Below are positions 58,005 to 64,000 of a stretch of DNA of 64,000 nt, piece after piece. The position numbers and the translations under genes are program-made. How positions within the stretch are numbered: the first letter of the stretch is position 1; every line of letters begins with the position of its first letter. The notes beneath the pieces were generated by a model that worked only from the letters and a program-made list of their open reading frames with translations, had not been told where the DNA came from and did no database searches. Source of the DNA: Chitinophagales bacterium (GTDB taxonomy: Bacteria > Bacteroidota > Bacteroidia > Chitinophagales > Chitinophagaceae); contig JBBRPX010000001.1 of NCBI GenBank assembly GCA_038227505.1, forward strand, positions 1,067 through 65,066, written 5' to 3'.

Positions 58005-60185
58005 ATGCTTACGCACAAAAAGTACTTCGCTATATTAATAGGGCTATCAATGTTATTGTGCCCCGTAGTAAAAGGGCAAAATATAAGACCATTTACCCAA
58101 ATATTCTCTCAGAATATAAAAGGGGGTACTGCCATTTTCGGAAACACAAGTATGCAGATTATTGACAACTCAACTGCCAATCTTCTCAAAATGAATGAAA
58201 GTGGTAATCCTGCAAATGGAGTAGGTGGAGTAGGTTTTAGTCAATACGGGAACGATGAGGAAAATATGCAGCCGGTAATAACAGACTTTCAAATTCCAAT
58301 TTTAAACGTAATTCAAGCTGGAGAAAGCTGGAATTACAATTTTCCTAATACTGATTTGGGGTCCAGTTGGCAAACTTTAAATAATCCCACAGATAATTGG
58401 GTAAATTCAAACGCAAGTTTTGGATATAATCGAAATCAAAATACTACCTTATTACCTGCTGCTACTAATTACTTTTTAAAAACCATATCCCTCGCAACGC
58501 CGGCTTTATATAGCACGTTCAATTTTTCTATAAGTTATGATGATGCTGCCATCATTTACGTAAATGGTGTGGAAGTTAAAAGGCTTAATATGCCGGCGGG
58601 AGTTATAAATTATAACAGCCCGGCCATCAATGCAAATTTTTCTACCTGGGAAAGTTTCTCTATCCCTTCCTCGTATTTCAATGTTGGCAATAATATAATT
58701 GCTGTAGAAATTCACCAAATTACACCAAATAGCAACACTTGTTTTTTTGATTTGAGGCTTTCCGCTACACCCGCATATACTTCAAATTCTTCCACGGCTG
58801 ATCTTGTTTTACCTGCAGGTACGAATACTATTAAATATGCCCGATTATACTGGGGAGGTAAAATTGCCAATTCCATATTAAATAGTTATCCCGACACCCT
58901 CAAAAAAATTAAAATAAGAAAAGGAACATCAGGAATATACACTGATTTGATTTCAGCTAATGATGCTGATACTTACATTGTGAATGGCTCAACAACAGTA
59001 TACCAAGCTTATGTAGATGTAAAAAGTTTTATTCTAAATAATGGTACAGGAACTTACAGCATTGCACAAATACCGATGACGGAAGGCTCTGCAAGTTATG
59101 GCGGAAATTATGCGGGCTGGTGCATTGTAGTTGCTTTTGAAAATAACTTATTGCCGCTTAATAGTGTGCGGATTTATGATGGATTTTCGCAGGTCTATAA
59201 TAATGGTAATTCTATTAGTCAAACTGTAACGCTTACCGGACTCAATGTCCCAAACAATACACTTGCTTTAAGTGACGCAAGTCTAAGTCTGATGGCTTGG
59301 GAGGGTGATGCAAACATTTCTTCTTCTGCGGCAAGCCCGTCCGGTGATTATTTAAAAATTAATGGTGTAACTGTCAGCAACGGTGCAAACCCTGCAACCA
59401 ATTTTTTTAACGGGAGCATTTCTAAAAACGGTGTTTTTGTAAATGCTAAAAATTCAGATTTTACAAATCAAATGGGAATTGATATAGATGAAGTCGAAGT
59501 AGGAACTGGTTATGATATATTACCAAATGCAACAGAAATACAATTAGAATTTGGAACTGAAGCTGACAAATATTTCCCGGGTGTTTTTGCATTTACGGTC
59601 AAGACGGCAACACCAGGTAGTGGTCCACTTCCTGTAAAATTAATCTCCTTTTCCGCTGTTTTAAAAAACAAGTCTGCTTATTTAACCTGGAGTACAGAAA
59701 ATGAATTCAACAATAAGTATTTTGATGTCGAAAGAAGTGAAGATGGTATAAACTTTAAAAAAATAGCATCAGTTAATGGTAACGGAACGACGTCACTTAC
59801 GCAGTATTATCAGTACAAAGATTACGTGAATACTACTGCATCAATCATTTATTATCGTTTAAAAATTGTTGATTTAAACGAAAAGTTCACTTACTCTAAA
59901 ATTGTTCCTTTAAAATTAATGGGAACACTAACTGGGCAGATTTTAGTTTATCCAAATCCATTTATTGACAATTTAAAAATGTCCATAAATATTTCTCAAG
60001 ATGGAAATGCTCAGTATCGTCTATTATCATTTGATGGAAAAGAAATCTTTACGAGAAAAACTTTTGTGCAAAAAGGATTAAATATTATTATGGCAAACGA
60101 TCTTGGTAATATTTCATCGGGCAATTATATTTTAGAAATCGTTGCAGGAAAAGAAACGTACATCAAGACTATAACAAAAAAATAA
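58005..60185 (+). CDS. T9SS type A sorting-domain protein
   Basis: Signal peptide; PLPVKLISF…W.TENE.NN..F.VERS.DG…YYRLK.VD module; VYPNPF…G.YIL CTD. Confidence 0.88.
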   Translation: MLTHKKYFAILIGLSMLLCPVVKGQNIRPFTQIFSQNIKGGTAIFGNTSMQIIDNSTANLLKMNESGNPANGVGGVGFSQYGNDEENMQPVITDFQIPILNVIQAGESWNYNFPNTDLGSSWQTLNNPTDNWVNSNASFGYNRNQNTTLLPAATNYFLKTISLATPALYSTFNFSISYDDAAIIYVNGVEVKRLNMPAGVINYNSPAINANFSTWESFSIPSSYFNVGNNIIAVEIHQITPNSNTCFFDLRLSATPAYTSNSSTADLVLPAGTNTIKYARLYWGGKIANSILNSYPDTLKKIKIRKGTSGIYTDLISANDADTYIVNGSTTVYQAYVDVKSFILNNGTGTYSIAQIPMTEGSASYGGNYAGWCIVVAFENNLLPLNSVRIYDGFSQVYNNGNSISQTVTLTGLNVPNNTLALSDASLSLMAWEGDANISSSAASPSGDYLKINGVTVSNGANPATNFFNGSISKNGVFVNAKNSDFTNQMGIDIDEVEVGTGYDILPNATEIQLEFGTEADKYFPGVFAFTVKTATPGSGPLPVKLISFSAVLKNKSAYLTWSTENEFNNKYFDVERSEDGINFKKIASVNGNGTTSLTQYYQYKDYVNTTASIIYYRLKIVDLNEKFTYSKIVPLKLMGTLTGQILVYPNPFIDNLKMSINISQDGNAQYRLLSFDGKEIFTRKTFVQKGLNIIMANDLGNISSGNYILEIVAGKETYIKTITKK

Positions 60186-60242
60186 GCTATTGACTTGCTA
60201 GTTAATCACCGATGCTCACCGGTATCGCTATTTTTTATGCTT

Positions 60243-61871
60243 TTATTTAGTTACCCTTCTCAACTCCAACATATTTAAACTGTTCGGCACAAAGTTTTTT
60301 ATATTTTTTTGAACAAGATGAATTGCCTCGTCATACCATAGTGGCACAACGGGCGCATTTGCAATAATAATTTTATCCATTTGTTGGTATGTTTCGTAAC
60401 GTAAGCTGTCATTCGTCTGTGATAATGCACGCTCATACAATTCATCAAATGCAACGTTATTAAACCGAGTATAATTAGGTGGCGCCGGGTTCTTACTATA
60501 AAAAACACTTAGATAATTTTCAGCATCGGGGTAATCGGCAATCCAGCTGCCTCTAAAAAACACCGCCTGCGATTTTGATGTTTGTTCAAGCAACAAGCTT
60601 TTTTGCATGGCTTCTACTTTTACTGTAATCCCAATTTGCTTTAATTCGTTTGCAACATAACTAGCAAGGTTTGCATAAATGGGTATGGTTAGTAATTTTA
60701 TTTCAGGTAAGTTTCTACCATCTGCAAAACCAGCATCCGCCAATAACTGTTTTGCTTTTATTGGATCGTAACTATAACCTTTTACTTTCTCATTATTAAA
60801 GGAAGGTAATCCCTGAGGTACAAAACCACTTTCTGCCGCTGTGCCGATAGAATTTCTTACATACAGCATCATCTTTTTTCTATCAATTCCATAATTAATT
60901 GCCTTCCTTATTTTTAGTAATTTTAAAGGCGATTTTTTTACAAGAACATTGTTGCTATCTGCTAATATGCCAAAAAATTCTATGTTTAAATAAGGATGTT
61001 TTTGCAGCTCAATTTTATCTTTCCATTCTGCCTTTAAGTTACCAGTCTTAGAAAGTATTTCATCTTTAAATGAAGGATCTATATCATTTATAAAATCAAG
61101 TCTACCTTGCTGAAATTCTAAAAACTCTGTTGCCTTACTGTCGTAAAAATTTATTTTTATGCCGTCAATGTATGGTAAAGACTTCCCGTCAATGTCTTTT
61201 TCAAAATAACGATCGTTTCTCTTTAATATTAGTGCCTGTCCTTCTTCCCAAGCAACAAATGCAAATGGGCCTGTACCAACCGGGTGTCGCCTAAAATCGT
61301 TTCCATATTTTTCAAAAGCTTCGTAAGGAATAATAGAACAATACTGCATACTTAGAATACCTAAAATTGGCTGAAAAGGTACTTGCAGTTTTATTTGGAA
61401 AGTAGAATCGTTGATTGCTGTAAAAGCATTATCTTCTGCAACTCTGTTGTTAAAAATCCATGAGCCCGGGCTTGCTGTACTTTTATCTATAATTCTATTA
61501 AAACTAAAGGCAACATCTGCTGCAACAAGCTTACGCCCTCTCCCATTTTTAAAACATTCATCATTTTGAAAATAAATATCGTTGCGAAGTTGAAAAGTAA
61601 TCGTTTTATTGCTATCACTAAATTGCCAAGATGAGGCTATGGAAGGCTTTAACTGCATATTACTGTCAACTTCGATTAAAGTGTTGTATAGCTGGTGTAT
61701 GGCCCACATAATGGATTGGTTTTTTGCGAAAGCTGGATCTAAAGATGCAATACCACTTGTTTCGTTGTACCTGAATATTTTTTTATCAGTATGGTTATGG
61801 TCATTACATGAAAGAAAAAAAAGAATAAAAGAAAAAATACAACATCCGGAAAAAAAAATCTTTCCTCTCAT
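60243..61871 (-). CDS. ABC transporter substrate-binding lipoprotein (family 5, peptide/nickel)
   Basis: Lipobox FLSC; SLDPAFA, PVGTGPF and WIADYPDAENY motifs; start taken as ATG 61871. Confidence 0.9.
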   Translation of the reverse strand: MRGKIFFSGCCIFSFILFFLSCNDHNHTDKKIFRYNETSGIASLDPAFAKNQSIMWAIHQLYNTLIEVDSNMQLKPSIASSWQFSDSNKTITFQLRNDIYFQNDECFKNGRGRKLVAADVAFSFNRIIDKSTASPGSWIFNNRVAEDNAFTAINDSTFQIKLQVPFQPILGILSMQYCSIIPYEAFEKYGNDFRRHPVGTGPFAFVAWEEGQALILKRNDRYFEKDIDGKSLPYIDGIKINFYDSKATEFLEFQQGRLDFINDIDPSFKDEILSKTGNLKAEWKDKIELQKHPYLNIEFFGILADSNNVLVKKSPLKLLKIRKAINYGIDRKKMMLYVRNSIGTAAESGFVPQGLPSFNNEKVKGYSYDPIKAKQLLADAGFADGRNLPEIKLLTIPIYANLASYVANELKQIGITVKVEAMQKSLLLEQTSKSQAVFFRGSWIADYPDAENYLSVFYSKNPAPPNYTRFNNVAFDELYERALSQTNDSLRYETYQQMDKIIIANAPVVPLWYDEAIHLVQKNIKNFVPNSLNMLELRRVTK

Positions 61872-61967
61872 GTATAAATTCATTTCATATTTGCGGTATA
61901 CCATTAAAACAAATTTATACTTTCGGCTGCTTTAAACATCATAAATTAGATTATTAAAATATTCAGC

Positions 61968-63665
61968 ATGATCAGCGAAAAAAAAAAGGCTTTTGTATTT
62001 ATAATATTTTGTACTTTTTTTATTCAGGCCTTTTCTCAATTGGGTGAAAATAAAAAAGTTTTTACTCATGCTGATACTTTACGTGGTAGCAATGGTATTT
62101 TTAGGCAGCAATGGAATGTTTTACATTATGATATTACTGTTGAGCCAAACTATTCCACTAAAACTATTGAAGGAAAAAATACGATGTTATTTTTTGATGA
62201 GGGCGCAAAAATGATGCAAATCGATTTACAGGAGCCGATGGTATTAGATAGCGTGAAAGACAACAATGCTTCTTACCAATTTTCAAGAGAAGGAAATGTA
62301 TATTGGTTGGAATACCGAGATACTGCCACCCACTACAAAATAAAACCAGGCATTCGTTCCATCACATTTTATTTTCACGGCAAGCCGAGAGAAGCTGTGC
62401 GCCCACCGTGGGATGGTGGTTGGATTTGGAAGAAAGATAAGAACAATAATCCCTGGATGACCGTGGCATGCCAAGGGCTCGGAGCAAGCGTGTGGTACCC
62501 CTGTAAAGATATACAAAGCGATAAACCTGATAGTGGCGCTACCCTGCGGATGATTGTACCTGATAGTCTAATAGCAATAGGCAACGGTAAACTTTTTGAG
62601 AAAAAAATACTCTCCAACAGTAAAATGTTGTACTCATATAAAGTTATCAATTCTATTAATAATTATTGTATTGTTCCATACATTGGCAAATATGTAAATT
62701 TCTCTGAAAAATATCCTGGGCTTAACGGCAATTTAGACATGAATTATTGGGTGATGGAATATAACCTTGAAAAAGCTAAAAAACAATTTACTGATGCGCC
62801 AAAAATGATGAAAGCTTTTGAGTATTGGTTTGGTCCCTACCCTTTTTATGAAGATGGATACCAGCTTATTGAAGCACCACATTTAGGCATGGAACACCAG
62901 AGCGCAGTTGCATACGGAAACGGTTTTAAAATGGGTTATGCCGGCAGAGATTTATCTGGAACCGGAGAAGGGTTAAAATGGGATTTTATTATAGTGCACG
63001 AAAGTGGACATGAATGGTTTGCAAACAGTATTTGCACAAAAGATATAGCAGATATGTGGGTTCACGAAGGATTTACAAATTACAGCGAAACACTTTTTAC
63101 TGAATATTACTGGGGCATAAGCGCAGGAGAAACTTATGTGGAAGGCATAAGAAAAAATATTGAGAATGACATCCCTATAATTGGTCCTTATGGCGTTAAC
63201 AAAGAAGGCAGTAGCGATATGTATTACAAAGGGGCGAATATGATTCACCTCATCAGGCAACTCACAAGTAATGATGCAAAGTTTAGAAAGATGTTGTTAG
63301 GGTTAAACAAAACATTTTACCATAAAACAGTTACCAGCACAGAAATTGAAAATTACATAAGTTCATTTCTTAGGCTTAACCTTAAAGGAATATTTGATCA
63401 ATATCTGCGTACGACAAAAATACCTTTGCTGCAATATAAAATAAAAGAAAAAAGAATTGATTACAGGTGGATAAACAATGTAGCCAATCTTATTCTTCCG
63501 GTAAAAGTGTTTTTGGGGAAAGCAGATAGTTCTGAGCAATGGATTAAACCTACAGCAAAATGGAAAAAATTAAAAACCGAAAAATGGTATGACGGCAAAA
63601 CATTTAAGGTTGATAAAAATTTTTATGTGTTCACTCAAAATGACTCAATTGAATTAGCTAAATAG
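61968..63665 (+). CDS. M1 family metallopeptidase
   Basis: GMEHQS (GAMEN-like) and HESGHEW…HEG zinc motif. Confidence 0.92.
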   Translation: MISEKKKAFVFIIFCTFFIQAFSQLGENKKVFTHADTLRGSNGIFRQQWNVLHYDITVEPNYSTKTIEGKNTMLFFDEGAKMMQIDLQEPMVLDSVKDNNASYQFSREGNVYWLEYRDTATHYKIKPGIRSITFYFHGKPREAVRPPWDGGWIWKKDKNNNPWMTVACQGLGASVWYPCKDIQSDKPDSGATLRMIVPDSLIAIGNGKLFEKKILSNSKMLYSYKVINSINNYCIVPYIGKYVNFSEKYPGLNGNLDMNYWVMEYNLEKAKKQFTDAPKMMKAFEYWFGPYPFYEDGYQLIEAPHLGMEHQSAVAYGNGFKMGYAGRDLSGTGEGLKWDFIIVHESGHEWFANSICTKDIADMWVHEGFTNYSETLFTEYYWGISAGETYVEGIRKNIENDIPIIGPYGVNKEGSSDMYYKGANMIHLIRQLTSNDAKFRKMLLGLNKTFYHKTVTSTEIENYISSFLRLNLKGIFDQYLRTTKIPLLQYKIKEKRIDYRWINNVANLILPVKVFLGKADSSEQWIKPTAKWKKLKTEKWYDGKTFKVDKNFYVFTQNDSIELAK

Positions 63666-63696
63666 TGTTGCCGTTCTCAGAGCCTAAATAATAAAC

Positions 63697-63736
63697 AAAA
63701 AATACCCCCGAAGAAAAATTTCGGGGGTGTTTTTTT
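63697..63736. terminator. Bidirectional intrinsic terminator
   Basis: AAAAAATACCCCCGAA…TTCGGGGGTGTTTTTT between convergent genes. Confidence 0.8.
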
Positions 63737-63749
63737 ATCAAAAGAAATA

Positions 63750-64000
63750 TTAATTCATTTTCCCATATTGTTCTCCTTCAACTCTACCACCACCAATAAA
63801 TTTTCTGAGATAATAGCTATCAGCCAAATTGCTAATCGTAACGCCTGCACTGCTGCTTGAGTGTACAAAAAAACCATCTCCCAAATAAACGCCCACATGG
63901 CTAACCCCTCCTCTTGTATTAAAAAACACAAGATCACCTTCCAACATGTCGTCCTTTTTTAATTTAGAACAAACTGCGTATTGTTCCCTCGCTGTTCGAG
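63750..64000 (-). CDS. NlpC/P60 (C40) peptidase, 3' part (truncated by window end)
   Basis: RTAREQY…EGDLVFFNTRGGVSHVGVYLG…FVHSSSS motif. Confidence 0.88.
   Translation of the reverse strand, partial: RTAREQYAVCSKLKKDDMLEGDLVFFNTRGGVSHVGVYLGDGFFVHSSSSAGVTISNLADSYYLRKFIGGGRVEGEQYGKMN

Noticed and set aside
1207-63937. Many short overlapping or antisense ORFs in the ORF track (e.g. 1326-1676, 10803-11060, 36693-36902, 52870-53088)
   Set aside because: They overlap confidently identified genes or lack protein-like features, and are treated as shadow ORFs.
1-64000. tRNA, rRNA, CRISPR arrays or prophage genes
   Set aside because: None recognised by manual inspection; tRNAscan-SE, barrnap and CRISPR finders would be needed to exclude them formally.

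Overview
AT-rich chromosomal segment of a Bacteroidota bacterium, most likely Chitinophagaceae-like (TAnnTTTG promoters, T9SS genes, PorP/SprF; the taxonomy is inferred). It is mostly housekeeping and metabolic genes (folC, fbp, aspartate kinase, hppD, purK, pyrE, coaD, pyrB, pyrR, pruA, prfB, msrA) plus peptidases and transporters. It also holds a GDP-heptose operon, an mPPase-OmpA fusion, a BlaI/M56 pair, an inverted-domain photolyase, two T9SS cargo proteins, one intact-looking IS30 element and an AbiEii-type TA-like pair. The most notable accessory locus is 15084-19311. It contains a Crp/Fnr regulator with an FNR-like box just downstream, then a lipoprotein whose C-terminal His...Asn-Cys papain-like domain is split by one in-frame TAA, then five tandem paralogous small membrane or secreted genes (A-B-C-A'-B'). 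This resembles a lipoprotein polymorphic toxin with a poly-immunity array (inference). Two copies of a structured ~70-75 bp intergenic repeat were also found. No tRNA, rRNA or CRISPR array was recognised by eye.
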